A stretch of 64,000 nucleotides of DNA from Spirochaetaceae bacterium. Its GTDB lineage: Bacteria > Spirochaetota > Spirochaetia > DSM-2461. The notes below the pieces were generated by a model that ran no database searches, was not told the DNA's origin, and saw nothing but the letters and a program-made list of their open reading frames with translations. The stretch is from positions 224,656 through 288,655 of the forward strand of contig JAOPTT010000006.1 of NCBI GenBank assembly GCA_051531975.1, in the 5' to 3' direction. The translations under genes were made by a program, and so were the position numbers. Shown here piece after piece: positions 40,725 to 52,140 of the stretch. Each line of letters begins with the position of its first letter. Positions within the stretch are counted from its first letter, which is position 1.

Positions 40725-40870
40725 TGAATCTTAATATTATTTATGAAAAAACTATGTATATAATTTAATTAAATAAATCATCTAGATATAAATGAAGTAT
40801 TGCTTTTCTAAATTAATTTATTGATTTGTCAAACCTACTTTACCTATAATTATAGTAAGGTGGTTTTATT

Positions 40871-42403
40871 ATGAAAAAGTTATCTATTATCTATTCCCTT
40901 CTTATCATTGTGTTATTAATACTTTTTTTGGCTGGATGTAAAAATGATAAGATAACACCATACACAACTTCAATACTCTACAACGATGTAGAAAGTGCAC
41001 CCTTTAATGCAGATTGGAAAATCTTAGAGAAATATAAGACCGATTATAACATCACTTTTGATGTGAAACTAGGCTCAAATAAAGATTATGGTAAAGCATT
41101 AGATCTTTATCTAAGTTCAGATATAATTCCTGATATTATTTTAAAAGTTTTTCCCTCTACAATAGAAAAATATGCCATTGAAGGAAAATTATTACCTATA
41201 AGCGATTATGAAAATTTAATGCCAAACTATAAAACCTATATAGAAAAACATAACTTAAGTTCTGAGGTTGAAAAATTAAAATTAGATAATAATAAATACT
41301 ATCTAATGCCTGGATTTCAAAGAGAGACACAGGTTCAGCAGTGGATATATAGGTATGATCTTTTTGAGAAACATAATCTTGCTACACCAAAAACTTATTT
41401 AGAATTATTTGATAGTTTAGTTATATTAAAAGAATTATATCCAGAATCTACCCCTATTACTGCATCTTGGGGAGGGGCTCATTTATTTTCAATGATGGGA
41501 GCAGGTTACGGTATATCAGGTGGATGGTCTGGGACAAGATTCTACGACTTTGAAACAAAGAACTGGACATATGCCCCTGGGACAGAAAATTATAGACAGA
41601 TGTATACTTTTTTAAATAAATGTTATGAAGCAGGTGTCTTAGATCAAGGTACATTTAATCAAAGTAATGAAGATTTTATGGAGAAAATACAGACTGGTAA
41701 GGCACTTGTAACTGTTACTTGGATTACATCAGGTTTTGATAAATGGAATAAACAATTGAAGGTTAATGGTTTTGAAAATGCAGAGCTTAGAGCACTACCT
41801 GTAATGGAAAGTACCGTTGGACTTAAGTCTTTACCTGCAGTGAACAAATTCAGAAAAGGTTTAGCATTATCAGCTACTGTAGTAGATAAACCATACTTTG
41901 AAGACTTAATAAAATTTCTAGATTGGGTAATCTATTCAGAAGATGGTATGGAACTAACTACATGGGGAGAAGAAGGAATTACTTATGAAAAGAACAATAA
42001 TATAAAAACATTTCTATCAAATATTAAAACTCCAAAAAACCAAAACGGAACAGTGGATATTAGTGCTGAATATGGATTTAATCTAATTTTTAACCTTAAT
42101 GAAAACGAGGAGTATGAAGACTTTAAGAAACCCAAGGAAATAGTTACATTCCTTTCAAATTCTGAGAAAGAGGGTGAAACTATGAAAATGAATCCAGTCA
42201 TTAAATTAGGTACAAGCGAGATTGATGTTATAGCTTTAGTAGATGAAACTCTTGTACCCTACGTTAATGATGTAAGTTTAAAATTTATAACTGGAGAATT
42301 AGACATTGATAATGACTGGGATTCTTATATAACTGAGATTGAAAATATTGGATATAAAATCTTAGAAGAAACATGGAATAAAGCTTGGGATAGACAGAAG
42401 TAA
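40871..42403 (+). CDS. Extracellular solute-binding lipoprotein (carbohydrate-type, family 1)
   Basis: Lipobox LAGC; IPDII, MPNY, WIYR.DL.EK.NL..P.T..EL, WG.EG.TY, FITGE.D...WD.Y. Confidence 0.9.
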   Translation: MKKLSIIYSLLIIVLLILFLAGCKNDKITPYTTSILYNDVESAPFNADWKILEKYKTDYNITFDVKLGSNKDYGKALDLYLSSDIIPDIILKVFPSTIEKYAIEGKLLPISDYENLMPNYKTYIEKHNLSSEVEKLKLDNNKYYLMPGFQRETQVQQWIYRYDLFEKHNLATPKTYLELFDSLVILKELYPESTPITASWGGAHLFSMMGAGYGISGGWSGTRFYDFETKNWTYAPGTENYRQMYTFLNKCYEAGVLDQGTFNQSNEDFMEKIQTGKALVTVTWITSGFDKWNKQLKVNGFENAELRALPVMESTVGLKSLPAVNKFRKGLALSATVVDKPYFEDLIKFLDWVIYSEDGMELTTWGEEGITYEKNNNIKTFLSNIKTPKNQNGTVDISAEYGFNLIFNLNENEEYEDFKKPKEIVTFLSNSEKEGETMKMNPVIKLGTSEIDVIALVDETLVPYVNDVSLKFITGELDIDNDWDSYITEIENIGYKILEETWNKAWDRQK

Positions 42404-42470
42404 TTAGTTTGATAAACAAGAATTTATTTAGGTGTTTTTAATAAAATGGAGAAAGGAAGGTTTAAATTAA

Positions 42471-45400
42471 ATGGATGATAATAAAAGTCAAAAAATTGTT
42501 CATAACCTTGGAAAAAAGGTAACTTTTTTTTCTTCATCACCATATCTAGGATTTATTTTTGGAATATTAGCAATAATAATGACTATATTTTTATGGAGAA
42601 CAATAATAAATAATAGTTTAGCTCAGCTTTCACAAAATACTGTTTCCATTACCGAAAATATTGTGAATGAACTTAAATCTAGATATGAATACATAGAAAT
42701 ATCTCTAATTGAATTAGGTAGTTCTGGTGAACCACATCTAAATAAGCAAGATTTAGATTGGGAGCAGGAAGCTAATTTTTACGTAAGTAACATTGGTGGT
42801 GTGGAAAATATAGTGTGGATTGATAACTCACTGGTTATACGTAAAGTTCTTCCTGAAGAAAATAATAAATTCAAAGTTAATGAAGAGACTAATAATTACA
42901 TCTCAGATATAGATCATCAATACCTTAGAATTCCAGTGCGCGAAGAAAGAGTCCTTAAAGGTTTCATCATGGGGGATATTGATATCTCTAAACTTTTTTA
43001 TTCTGTCACCAATATATTTGAAAACGATTATATGATCCAAGTTGAAAGTGGTAATAAACTTATTTATTCATCTGACAACTGGGTAAATACAAAAAATAAT
43101 CGAGAAAAAACCATAAATATATCTTTAGGAGATATAAACGTATACAAGTTATCGTTGGTACCAACTAGGAAATATTTGGCCTCTAAAGTTAATTCATCTT
43201 ATCAGATTCTAATATATGGTCTTTTATTATCTATAATAATGATTGTTTTAATAAGAGTCGCTCAGAAATTAAATGTGACAAGAAAGATCTCAGAAAATGC
43301 CCTAGAGCGTACAAATAAACTATATGAATCATCTCTTGCATTAAGAAGTACCATGGGATTGGACGAAGTTCTAAGTACGGTATTAAATAACTTAAAGGAT
43401 GTAGTTTTTTATGATTGTGCGGTTATTACTAAGGTTCGAGAAAAGAAATTATATGTAATTCACAGTGTAGGTTATTCTTCTGCAGAAATGAATGTCGGGC
43501 AGGAGTTTACGTTTCAACACAAAACTTTTGGTGAAAAGATAATAACCTATCAGAAAAAAGTTATATTGCCTGATGTTAGGGAAATCAGTGCTTATATTGA
43601 TAAAACAGATGGGAAAAAAGTTCGTTCTTTTTTAGGTGTGCCACTAATAATAAACGAAAAAATTATTGGTTCTTTATCACTTAATTCTTTTCGGATAGAT
43701 TTTTATGATGAAGAAATGTTAAATACTGTAAATGCCTTTGCTTCTCAAGTTGCGTTAGCATTAAATAATGCAAAAATATATCAAGAATTAATTGATGCAA
43801 AAGAAGAAGCTGAAGATGCGACTAGGGCTAAAGGGGATTTCCTAGCAAATATGTCCCATGAAATAAGAACTCCCATGAATGCTATTATAGGTTTAGATAG
43901 TCTTTTGTCCAAAACAGATTTAGTGCCTAAACAACAAGATTATGTAGATAAAATTGGGTTTTCAGCTACAAACCTACTAGGAATAATCAATGATATATTG
44001 GATTTTTCAAAAATAGAAGCAGGTAAACTTGAGATTGAGAATACATCATTTTCTCTAAATGAGGTATTGGCAAACTTGTCAGTTTTAATTGGTGAAAAAG
44101 TGCGAGATAGAGGTCTGGAACTAATATTTAGTATGGATAGGAATATACCCCAGAGCCTCAATGGTGATCCTTTAAGAATAGGACAGATTTTACTAAATCT
44201 TACAAATAATGCTATTAAATTCACAGAAAAGGGTAATATTGTTGTTAAATCCACAATAACAAAAAGAGATGAAAAAAATATACTAGTACGTTTTGAGGTT
44301 TCAGATACTGGAATAGGATTAACAGAAGAACAGTGTGGGAGATTATTTAAGTCTTTTTCCCAAGCTGATACATCTACCACTAGAAAATACGGTGGTACTG
44401 GTCTTGGTCTATCAATTAGTAAAAAACTTTCAGAGATGATGGGAGGAGAGATCGGAGTAAAAAGTGTATATGGAGAGGGTTCAATTTTCTATTTCACTGT
44501 TAATCTTGGAATCATTGAAGGAATTATCGAGGATATGTTATCACCTCCCAAAGAAATGTGTGGTCTTAAGGTATTAATAGTTGATGACAATGAGACAGCT
44601 AGGATTGTTTTAAAAACTTATTGTGAAGATTTTTCCTTTAATGTCACAACTGTTTCGTCTGGTGAGGATGCAATTCGAGAATTGATGTTGTTTAAAGAAG
44701 GTACTGATAAAAACTATGATCTAGTATTAATGGATTATCAAATGCCTGGGATAGATGGAATTGAAACAACTAGACAAATATATGAAAAATTAAAAAATGT
44801 AGATACACCAAAAATTATATTGGTAACAGCTTATGGCAGAGAAGAGATAATGCATCAGGCAAAAAATACTAGTTTAAATGGAATTCTTATAACTCCTGTG
44901 AATCCTTCAGTTCTGCTAGATACTATCATGGAAGCATTTGGAAAAAGCTCCGGGGTTAAAAAACAAACCCAGAATAAAGAAGATCTAAAACCAGAGGGAT
45001 TTGATAAAATAATCGGTGCGCGAATACTACTAGTTGAGGACAATGAGATTAACCAATTAGTCGCCAAAGAGACATTAGAGCAGGCAGGTTTTGTAGTCGA
45101 TATTGCTGATAATGGACAAATAGGTGTTGAAAAAGTGTGGGGAGATCTGATCTATGATCTTGTACTTATGGACCTTCAGATGCCTGTTATGGATGGTTAT
45201 GAAGCTTCTAGAAAAATACGGAATGGTAATAAATGTAATGATATTTCCATTGTAGCTATGACTGCGGATGCTATGACTGGAGTTCGTGAACAAGTTAAAG
45301 AAGCTGGGATGGACGACTACGTTACTAAACCCATAAATCCTACAGATTTATGGAGAGCTTTAACACAGTGGATAGAGCCTGGAGAGAGAGAAGTTCCTAT

Positions 45401-46037
45401 TGATCTTTTATCTAAGGTATCTTTAGAACAAACAGTCAAAATACCTAAAATAGATGGGATAGATACTGTTACGGGTCTAAGTAGGGCTGGAAATAACCAG
45501 GAACTTTATATCAGGTTATTAAAACAATTTTTTGAGAACTTTAATGATCTTCCAGATAAAATAAAAGGTTATATAAAATCAAATCAGATGGATGATGCAA
45601 AAAGGCATGCACATACTGCAAAAGGAGTCTCGTCTAACCTTGGAATAGATAAATACTGGGAAAGTATGATTGAGCTTGAAAAATCAATAAATAATGAAAA
45701 CAATATTGATGATTTATTAAATACTATAGACTCTTTATTTAAAACTTTATTATTGGAAGTTGAAAAGTCAGGATTATTAAATGATCAGAAAAAAGATAAC
45801 TATTCCCAAAATAAACTTGATGTTCAATCTACAATTAACAAACTAGAGGATGTAAAATCTTCATTATTAAAAAGAAAACCAAAGCCAGCACTAGAACTTT
45901 TATTAGAATTAAAAAAATATGACCTTTCAGATAATATTAAATTAGTAATTAACGATTCTAAAACTCTTCTCGATCGATACAAGATGAAAGAAGCTATCAT
46001 CTTAATTGATAGCTTAATAGAGCTTTTTAAGTACTGA
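42471..46037 (+). CDS. Hybrid sensor histidine kinase (periplasmic sensor, GAF, HisKA, HATPase, 2x REC, Hpt)
   Basis: Two TMs, GAF (RSFLGVPLI), [41 protein letters not shown]. Confidence 0.95.
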   Translation: MDDNKSQKIVHNLGKKVTFFSSSPYLGFIFGILAIIMTIFLWRTIINNSLAQLSQNTVSITENIVNELKSRYEYIEISLIELGSSGEPHLNKQDLDWEQEANFYVSNIGGVENIVWIDNSLVIRKVLPEENNKFKVNEETNNYISDIDHQYLRIPVREERVLKGFIMGDIDISKLFYSVTNIFENDYMIQVESGNKLIYSSDNWVNTKNNREKTINISLGDINVYKLSLVPTRKYLASKVNSSYQILIYGLLLSIIMIVLIRVAQKLNVTRKISENALERTNKLYESSLALRSTMGLDEVLSTVLNNLKDVVFYDCAVITKVREKKLYVIHSVGYSSAEMNVGQEFTFQHKTFGEKIITYQKKVILPDVREISAYIDKTDGKKVRSFLGVPLIINEKIIGSLSLNSFRIDFYDEEMLNTVNAFASQVALALNNAKIYQELIDAKEEAEDATRAKGDFLANMSHEIRTPMNAIIGLDSLLSKTDLVPKQQDYVDKIGFSATNLLGIINDILDFSKIEAGKLEIENTSFSLNEVLANLSVLIGEKVRDRGLELIFSMDRNIPQSLNGDPLRIGQILLNLTNNAIKFTEKGNIVVKSTITKRDEKNILVRFEVSDTGIGLTEEQCGRLFKSFSQADTSTTRKYGGTGLGLSISKKLSEMMGGEIGVKSVYGEGSIFYFTVNLGIIEGIIEDMLSPPKEMCGLKVLIVDDNETARIVLKTYCEDFSFNVTTVSSGEDAIRELMLFKEGTDKNYDLVLMDYQMPGIDGIETTRQIYEKLKNVDTPKIILVTAYGREEIMHQAKNTSLNGILITPVNPSVLLDTIMEAFGKSSGVKKQTQNKEDLKPEGFDKIIGARILLVEDNEINQLVAKETLEQAGFVVDIADNGQIGVEKVWGDLIYDLVLMDLQMPVMDGYEASRKIRNGNKCNDISIVAMTADAMTGVREQVKEAGMDDYVTKPINPTDLWRALTQWIEPGEREVPIDLLSKVSLEQTVKIPKIDGIDTVTGLSRAGNNQELYIRLLKQFFENFNDLPDKIKGYIKSNQMDDAKRHAHTAKGVSSNLGIDKYWESMIELEKSINNENNIDDLLNTIDSLFKTLLLEVEKSGLLNDQKKDNYSQNKLDVQSTINKLEDVKSSLLKRKPKPALELLLELKKYDLSDNIKLVINDSKTLLDRYKMKEAIILIDSLIELFKY

Positions 46038-46126
46038 TTGCCATATTCTTGCAAAGAAACTTATATAATTGTAAATTAAAAATAATATTATATACTATAC
46101 ATATGAAATCTGTTAAATTAGTTATT

Positions 46127-46372
46127 ATGAATATACGTATAACAGATCTTTCTAGAAAAACAACAGAAGAAGAGCTAACTAAACTTTTTGCAGCTTATGG
46201 AACAGTTTCATCCACAACTATTGTAATGGATAAAAAAACAGGGAAATCAAAAGGTTTTGGTTTTATAGAAATGGCAGATGACAAAGAAGCACTTACAGCC
46301 GTAAAAAAAATACATAAAGTTAAATTAGATGGTGAAAAAATCACTGTTAAGCAAATTGTAGAATCTAAATAA
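46127..46372 (+). CDS. RRM (RNP-1) RNA-binding protein
   Basis: MNI.I.DL, D..TGKSKGFGFIEM (RNP1). Start set at MNIRI, as in bacterial single-RRM proteins. Confidence 0.9.
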   Translation: MNIRITDLSRKTTEEELTKLFAAYGTVSSTTIVMDKKTGKSKGFGFIEMADDKEALTAVKKIHKVKLDGEKITVKQIVESK

Positions 46373-46378
46373 ATATTA

Positions 46379-46410
46379 TTTGGGTGTAGAATTATTTCTA
46401 TACCCAAAAA
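46379..46410. terminator. Hairpin terminator between convergent genes
   Basis: TTTGGGTGTAGAA-TTAT-TTCTATACCCAAA. Confidence 0.75.
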
Positions 46411-46451
46411 ACCTTAAATGACCAATTATTATATAGGATACTAGTGCTCTA

Positions 46452-47198
46452 CTAATTGATCATTATTTTTGCTTTAGTTTCTGATATTATACTGTTTTTA
46501 ACATTCATTCTTTCAAAAACTTGATTATGTAAGTCATCAATAGCTTTGATATGGAATGGTGGATAGAATAATTTATCCTGTATAAAATTGTTGCTTTTAA
46601 AATATGATTTGTGCTCAATTAAACAAACATCATTTCCATTTTCATCAAGCAGAGAAATAAATTTAATTGATTGATATCCATTTACAAAATTCTTCTCTAA
46701 ATATCTAAATTCAATTATTTTCTCTTCTCTTTCTATTTTTGTAATTTTAAAGGCTACACATATATTAAATATATTAACAAATTCTAGGTCTAGAAAAAAT
46801 ATTTGTCCTACAGCATAAGGTAGATCAACTTTTTCGTTAAGTGTAAAAACTGAATCATGCTCTTGTGAATATAATAAGCCATAATCGATTATCTCACCGG
46901 TCCATGAAGTTCTAGCATCCTGGGTTGTATATTCATTCCAAAGTTTATCTCTATTTATATCTATTAAATAATAGCGGCTATGATTGTTATAATTAATATC
47001 CTTATCATTGCTGATGGACTTATACTGATCCATATCCCATCCGTTATCATCAAGGAAACTTACAACTGCATCAGGCATATCATCTCTAACATCTATTGAT
47101 AGAGGTGGCGTTTCAACTTTATTGATAGTAGTACAGGAAATTACTGTTATAAATATTATTGTTTTTGTAATTTTTTTGCCTATATTCTTAATTGACAT
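46452..47198 (-). CDS. Hypothetical lipoprotein
   Basis: 248-aa ORF, GGAG RBS, VISC lipobox-like motif; family not recognised. Confidence 0.7.
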   Translation of the reverse strand: MSIKNIGKKITKTIIFITVISCTTINKVETPPLSIDVRDDMPDAVVSFLDDNGWDMDQYKSISNDKDINYNNHSRYYLIDINRDKLWNEYTTQDARTSWTGEIIDYGLLYSQEHDSVFTLNEKVDLPYAVGQIFFLDLEFVNIFNICVAFKITKIEREEKIIEFRYLEKNFVNGYQSIKFISLLDENGNDVCLIEHKSYFKSNNFIQDKLFYPPFHIKAIDDLHNQVFERMNVKNSIISETKAKIMIN

Positions 47199-47445
47199 AT
47201 TTTTACTCTCCGATGTTATTAATTACTATTATTAGTAATATCTCTAATTATTATAAACACTAGAAAGATTGAAGTCGTTACTAAATTGAAATAATTTAAA
47301 GATAGGGTAGTTCTAATTTAGTTATTTTGGAAGTCAATTAACTGATATAAAAGTTAAATATAGAAATTATTTCACAGTACTTCAATTTACAACCTTTGAT
47401 TATTATCAGCACACTTTTCTTCATATTTCTTTAGTCGTAAATTTA

Positions 47446-47474
47446 TTGACAATTAAGTTGATATTTCTTATCTT
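47446..47474 (+). promoter_or_regulatory. Sigma70 promoter of pepA
   Basis: TTGACA-17nt-TATCTT, 22 nt before ATG 47497. Confidence 0.65.
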
Positions 47475-47496
47475 TTACAAGAAAGGAAACGAAAAA

Positions 47497-48936
47497 ATGA
47501 TAAATATATTAGAAAATTTAGATATAACTCAATTCGAGGGAATTATTATTCCACTGTTCGAAGATAAGTGTTTATTAGAGAAATATGATATTCCATTAGA
47601 ATCTATAATAGAAAAGAAGTTATTTATAGGAAAGTCTGGAAGTTTATATAACTTTTCAATATTAGAAGGTAATAAAGTTAAAAATCTTCTGTTAGTTGGA
47701 TTAGGTAAATCAAGTGAATCAACTTATAGAAATTTACTTAAATCGTTTACGGTTGCAGTAAGGGAAATGAATAAGAAGCAGTGTAAGGATGTATTTATTG
47801 ATTTAACTCATCTAAAAATAAATGATAATATAGTAAAAGCAGCATCAGAATCTACTATTTTAGGTGTTTATAATTTTGATAATTATTTAAAAAAAGAAGA
47901 TGATAACATTGAAACTAAAATCTCTATACTAATAAAAGACTCATCTAAATATTATCAGATAGTATCTGAAGCTGAAATTTTAGCAAAAAGTAATATTATT
48001 GCAAGAGGTTTAGTTAATGAACCATCGAATATAATGACACCTGGAAAATTAGCAAAAGAAGTTATTAAAATAGGTGCTGAATCAGGTTTTGAAGTTGAAG
48101 TATTAAACAAAAAGGAAATTGAAGATCTTAACATGCACTCATTTTTAGCTGTAGCAAATGGATCGGATACACAGCCTAAGTTTATCATCATGAAATATAT
48201 GGGTGAACCAAAAAATAGCGAAATTCTAGGTTTAGTAGGTAAAGGATTAACCTACGATTCAGGAGGACTGTCCATTAAACCAACTGCAAGTATGGTTGAT
48301 ATGAAAAGTGATATGGCTGGATCAGCAGCTGTAATTGGGGCCATGTCTGCAATTAGTGAATCTAAATTAAAGAAGAATGTAATTGCAGTTGTTGCCGCAT
48401 GTGAGAATATGATTTCTGGAAGTTCCTATAGACCTGGAGATATACTTAATTCTATGGGTGGAAAAACAATATTTATTGGAAATACCGATGCTGAAGGTCG
48501 ATTAACTTTAATTGATGCTATGCATTATATAATTACAAAGGAACTTGTAACTAAAGTTGTAGATATTGCGACACTAACAGGTGCAGCAATACATTGTACA
48601 GGAGATGCCGCAGCTCCAGTTATCTCTAATAATGATGATTTTTTTAACTTACTGAATGATAGTTATACAAAAAGTGGAGAGCAGTTATGGAGAATGCCAA
48701 TATTCGATGAATATAAAGAGTTAATAAAACATGAAGATGCTGATTTAACAAATACAGCTGGTAGTCCTGGAACTATTACAGCTGGGCTATTTATTGGTGA
48801 GTTTACAAATAATATACCCTGGATTCATATTGATATTGCTGGTCCGAGTATGGCAAAAAAAGACAATGGATTTTTATCAAAAGGTGGAACAGGTTGTGGT
48901 GTTAAACCATTATATTATTTAGCAAAAAACATTTAA
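47497..48936 (+). CDS. pepA: Leucyl aminopeptidase (M17)
   Basis: VGKGLTYDSGG, MKSDMAG, NTDAEGRL, ATLTGA, WIHIDIAG; AAGGA RBS. Confidence 0.96.
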   Translation: MINILENLDITQFEGIIIPLFEDKCLLEKYDIPLESIIEKKLFIGKSGSLYNFSILEGNKVKNLLLVGLGKSSESTYRNLLKSFTVAVREMNKKQCKDVFIDLTHLKINDNIVKAASESTILGVYNFDNYLKKEDDNIETKISILIKDSSKYYQIVSEAEILAKSNIIARGLVNEPSNIMTPGKLAKEVIKIGAESGFEVEVLNKKEIEDLNMHSFLAVANGSDTQPKFIIMKYMGEPKNSEILGLVGKGLTYDSGGLSIKPTASMVDMKSDMAGSAAVIGAMSAISESKLKKNVIAVVAACENMISGSSYRPGDILNSMGGKTIFIGNTDAEGRLTLIDAMHYIITKELVTKVVDIATLTGAAIHCTGDAAAPVISNNDDFFNLLNDSYTKSGEQLWRMPIFDEYKELIKHEDADLTNTAGSPGTITAGLFIGEFTNNIPWIHIDIAGPSMAKKDNGFLSKGGTGCGVKPLYYLAKNI

Positions 48937-48945
48937 TTATTAATC

Positions 48946-48968
48946 GTCAATTAGTCAATTAGTCAATT
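48946..48968. repeat. Short tandem repeat (GTCAATTA) x about 3
   Basis: GTCAATTA GTCAATTA GTCAATT just after the pepA stop. Confidence 0.75.
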
Positions 48969-48992
48969 TCTAACCAATAAGGAATAAAAATA

Positions 48993-49036
48993 TAACTAAA
49001 AGGACATAATCTTTTAATAATTATGCCCTTTAGTTA
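48993..49036. terminator. Imperfect bidirectional hairpin
   Basis: TAACTAAAAGGACATAA...TTATGCCCTTTAGTTA between convergent genes. Confidence 0.55.
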
Positions 49037-51061
49037 TTGTACTATTCTAATGTAATCAATATAGAATCCATTTTTAAGTCCTTTGTGTAAATTAATAAAC
49101 TCAAAACCTACTTTGATAATTTTGGTAATATCTCCACTTCCTCTTGTTTCTGATGTAAAATTATATGTTTGAATATTCCAGGCATTCTTTTTTATTACTC
49201 TATTTGGTGCTACTTCACTCCCATTCCACCTACCTGAAGAATCATATGTATAATATTGTATTTCCATTTCACTATTCCACTCATTTGGAACCCAGAATCT
49301 GATTTCTAGCTTTTTCCCTATGAAATTAGATGTTTTAAATGCAGGAGAATAAAGTAATATAGCTCTACTAGAAGAAGTATTTAATTTAAGTATACTTGTT
49401 AAATCTATTTTTTCAGATGAAGTAATATTTCCTGAACTAGTCCATTTCTCAGTTGAATTATTAAAATCCCATAACATAAAAGAATTGTTAAGTTTTTTAA
49501 TATCATTGTTATTAAGAGTTAATATTTTTATTAAAGGTAAATTCAATTTAAAATCATACTTATCTATATTTTTGGTTGAATTTTCACTAGTGTTATAATC
49601 AATTAGTATTTCCATATCAATGAATTTTTTATAATCTGTATGTTCAATTAAATCTTTTAATGGAATAGATAATTCAAGTATTTCCCCAAAATCAAATTTA
49701 GCAGCTTTTATATATGGTTTCATGTTAATACCGGAATCTTGATTCTTTATTAATAATTCAGTCTTAATATTTTTAGGATAAATGTTATACATCATTTTTT
49801 TATTACCTAAGAAATGAAATTTATAAATATAGTCTTTATTAAATTTTCCATCCTCTGTTTCTAAATACAGATATAAATTCTTGTTATCAATAGCGCTTTT
49901 TATATTTTTAATATCTCCACCCACAAATTCTAATCCAGGTATTTTAACAGCATCATTTACATTATCAATTAGTGTTTCAGGTATATTTACCCAGTCATTT
50001 GGATTTCCATTAACAGTTATTTTATTAAAATTTGGTATAATATATTTATCATTTAAATTACTCTTAAAATTAATAAGTTTAGATACTTCTCCTAGGTAGT
50101 TTGGTATATCAATATCTAATTTTGAGTTTAAGGGGAATAAAAGATTATTATAACTTGTTGATTTATATATTTTTTTAGCTTTATAATATTCGAAAATACT
50201 TTTCCATTGTTTATATTTATCTATAAGTTCTGGTCTATAAGAATTAAAAAAATCTTGGGATAAAAAGTTATTTGTTGCTAAAAATGATTCATCAATATTG
50301 GGTAAGTTATCCTTAATACTCCAGTTTGTAGTAATAATTGTATCATTTAAGTCTAAAATATCCCTTTCTTTATCCATTAAGTATGGAAATACAAAATTAT
50401 ATTCTTTTTGTTTTTCTGCTTTAATGTTAATTTTTTCTTCTACTATTTTTTCTGAGGATGATAATCTTTCTTGAAAAATAGTTACAATATGTTCTCCAGA
50501 AGGTATCAGGTTTATTTCTTTTACCTGATTACCAAATGAGACATCATCTAAAAAAAATAAATACTTTTCTCGATTATTATCAGGTTTAATAGATAGATTA
50601 CCATAAGTGATATGCAATCCACTAAATCCCTCGATCATAGTAATTGTAAATTCATCTACAACATCAAATGACTCAAATATATTTTCAATAATTCTTTTAT
50701 CTGAAAAAATTACTTCTTCTTTTAATAGGTCATAAGCAGTAAGTGATATCTCATAACCATTTTCTCCAATTTTACAACTTCCAGTAATAATACTGTCATA
50801 TTTATTATCAATAGAAAAAACCTTCCAGTCTTCAGTGGTTAGACTATTTAGATCTGTTTCACCATGAACTATTTCATATTTATTTAAAAGTGATAGTTTT
50901 GTATAAACATTACTAGATATAGATAGACATAAACTATCTAACCATGTTTGATTAGAATGGTTAATAACTTTTTCAAGATAGACTACAGGTTTAGTTTCAG
51001 AAAATATAAAAAGATTTAAACTAAAGAATATTGAAATTAAAATATATTTTGGAGTTTTCAT
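49034..51061 (-). CDS. Secreted multidomain hypothetical protein (PEGA-like and carbohydrate-binding-like beta domains)
   Basis: Signal peptide; YGNLSI...GEH.V.I (PEGA-like); ITVNGNPNDW...D...NLYLY (CBM9/DOMON-like); WDFN...FYIDYIRI tail. Confidence 0.6.
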   Translation of the reverse strand: MKTPKYILISIFFSLNLFIFSETKPVVYLEKVINHSNQTWLDSLCLSISSNVYTKLSLLNKYEIVHGETDLNSLTTEDWKVFSIDNKYDSIITGSCKIGENGYEISLTAYDLLKEEVIFSDKRIIENIFESFDVVDEFTITMIEGFSGLHITYGNLSIKPDNNREKYLFFLDDVSFGNQVKEINLIPSGEHIVTIFQERLSSSEKIVEEKINIKAEKQKEYNFVFPYLMDKERDILDLNDTIITTNWSIKDNLPNIDESFLATNNFLSQDFFNSYRPELIDKYKQWKSIFEYYKAKKIYKSTSYNNLLFPLNSKLDIDIPNYLGEVSKLINFKSNLNDKYIIPNFNKITVNGNPNDWVNIPETLIDNVNDAVKIPGLEFVGGDIKNIKSAIDNKNLYLYLETEDGKFNKDYIYKFHFLGNKKMMYNIYPKNIKTELLIKNQDSGINMKPYIKAAKFDFGEILELSIPLKDLIEHTDYKKFIDMEILIDYNTSENSTKNIDKYDFKLNLPLIKILTLNNNDIKKLNNSFMLWDFNNSTEKWTSSGNITSSEKIDLTSILKLNTSSSRAILLYSPAFKTSNFIGKKLEIRFWVPNEWNSEMEIQYYTYDSSGRWNGSEVAPNRVIKKNAWNIQTYNFTSETRGSGDITKIIKVGFEFINLHKGLKNGFYIDYIRIVQ

Positions 51062-52032
51062 TAATCAGCACCTTTATTTAGAAATAAATTGTAATTTAAA
51101 AGGTTCTTAAACTCTGGATGTTCTAATAAGCCCTCTAAAGAAATTGTTTTTGAATTAGAAGATATATATATACAATAATTTTTAGCTAATAATTGAAAAG
51201 TTAAATATAATTTTATATATCCATTGCTGTCTTTCGAACCAATTATATCAACTAATAATTTTCTGTTATTAAGGTAGATATATCTGCTTTCAATGCTAAT
51301 GTTAAAATTATTATTTTCATAAGAAAATATTTCATCTTTTGTTTGATAGCTCCATATTCCTACAATTAGATCGTCATCAGATATATTTATTTCACCAGTA
51401 TTAACAATAAAGAAACCATCATTAAAATCTGAGACCCATTGCCATTTCCCATTATATGAGATGAAGTTAAAATCCCCATAGTTCTCTCTAATAGATATTG
51501 AAGGATTTTGTTCAAAAAATGTTTTTGATATATTAGAAATTAGACTTAACTCATTTGGAACTTTTTCTGGAAAAATATAATTAAAAAAGTATATTGAAGT
51601 TTTATAAAACCAAATCATTGTGTGATGATTTTTTGAATTTTCATTACCACTAATTATATATTGCTCTCCAATTTTAACCTCATCAAATTTAGTTATTTTT
51701 GTTTCTTTTGGGGAAAATATATATTCACCATAAAAACTTACCATTTTTTGAATATCATAGATAAAATTTGGTGTTATTTTCTCTACTGATAAAGATGAAT
51801 CATCATCTGAGGTACTAGAAAATAATATTCCTGATTCATTAATATGTTTGTCTATAGTCCAAAAATTTGGTAAGGATATATGTATACCAGATGTTGATAA
51901 ATTATTATTTAAAATTATAGGAGTATAATCATTTAATTGCTCTTCATTTTTTATATTATTATTTGTAGAACATGAAGCTAATAGCATTAGGACAATAAAT
52001 AGGTATACTATATAATTATTTTTTTTTACCAA
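51061..52032 (-). CDS. Hypothetical lipoprotein
   Basis: LLASC lipobox, GGGAG RBS; stop overlaps the next start. Confidence 0.7.
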   Translation of the reverse strand: MVKKNNYIVYLFIVLMLLASCSTNNNIKNEEQLNDYTPIILNNNLSTSGIHISLPNFWTIDKHINESGILFSSTSDDDSSLSVEKITPNFIYDIQKMVSFYGEYIFSPKETKITKFDEVKIGEQYIISGNENSKNHHTMIWFYKTSIYFFNYIFPEKVPNELSLISNISKTFFEQNPSISIRENYGDFNFISYNGKWQWVSDFNDGFFIVNTGEINISDDDLIVGIWSYQTKDEIFSYENNNFNISIESRYIYLNNRKLLVDIIGSKDSNGYIKLYLTFQLLAKNYCIYISSNSKTISLEGLLEHPEFKNLLNYNLFLNKGAD

Positions 52033-52140
52033 ACTATAATCTCCCTTTAATTAGTATATATATATTTTTTTTTCTAGTAAATTATTGTTTAAACAAGATA
52101 TACTAATTAAAAAGTAAAATAGAAAAAAATAGGAGATAAA

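Noticed and set aside
48946..48968. CRISPR or iteron interpretation of short repeats (also ATTGCCCTA repeats near 34785-34811)
   Set aside because: Only 2-3 contiguous 8-9 bp units with no spacers and no cas or rep genes; likely slippage.
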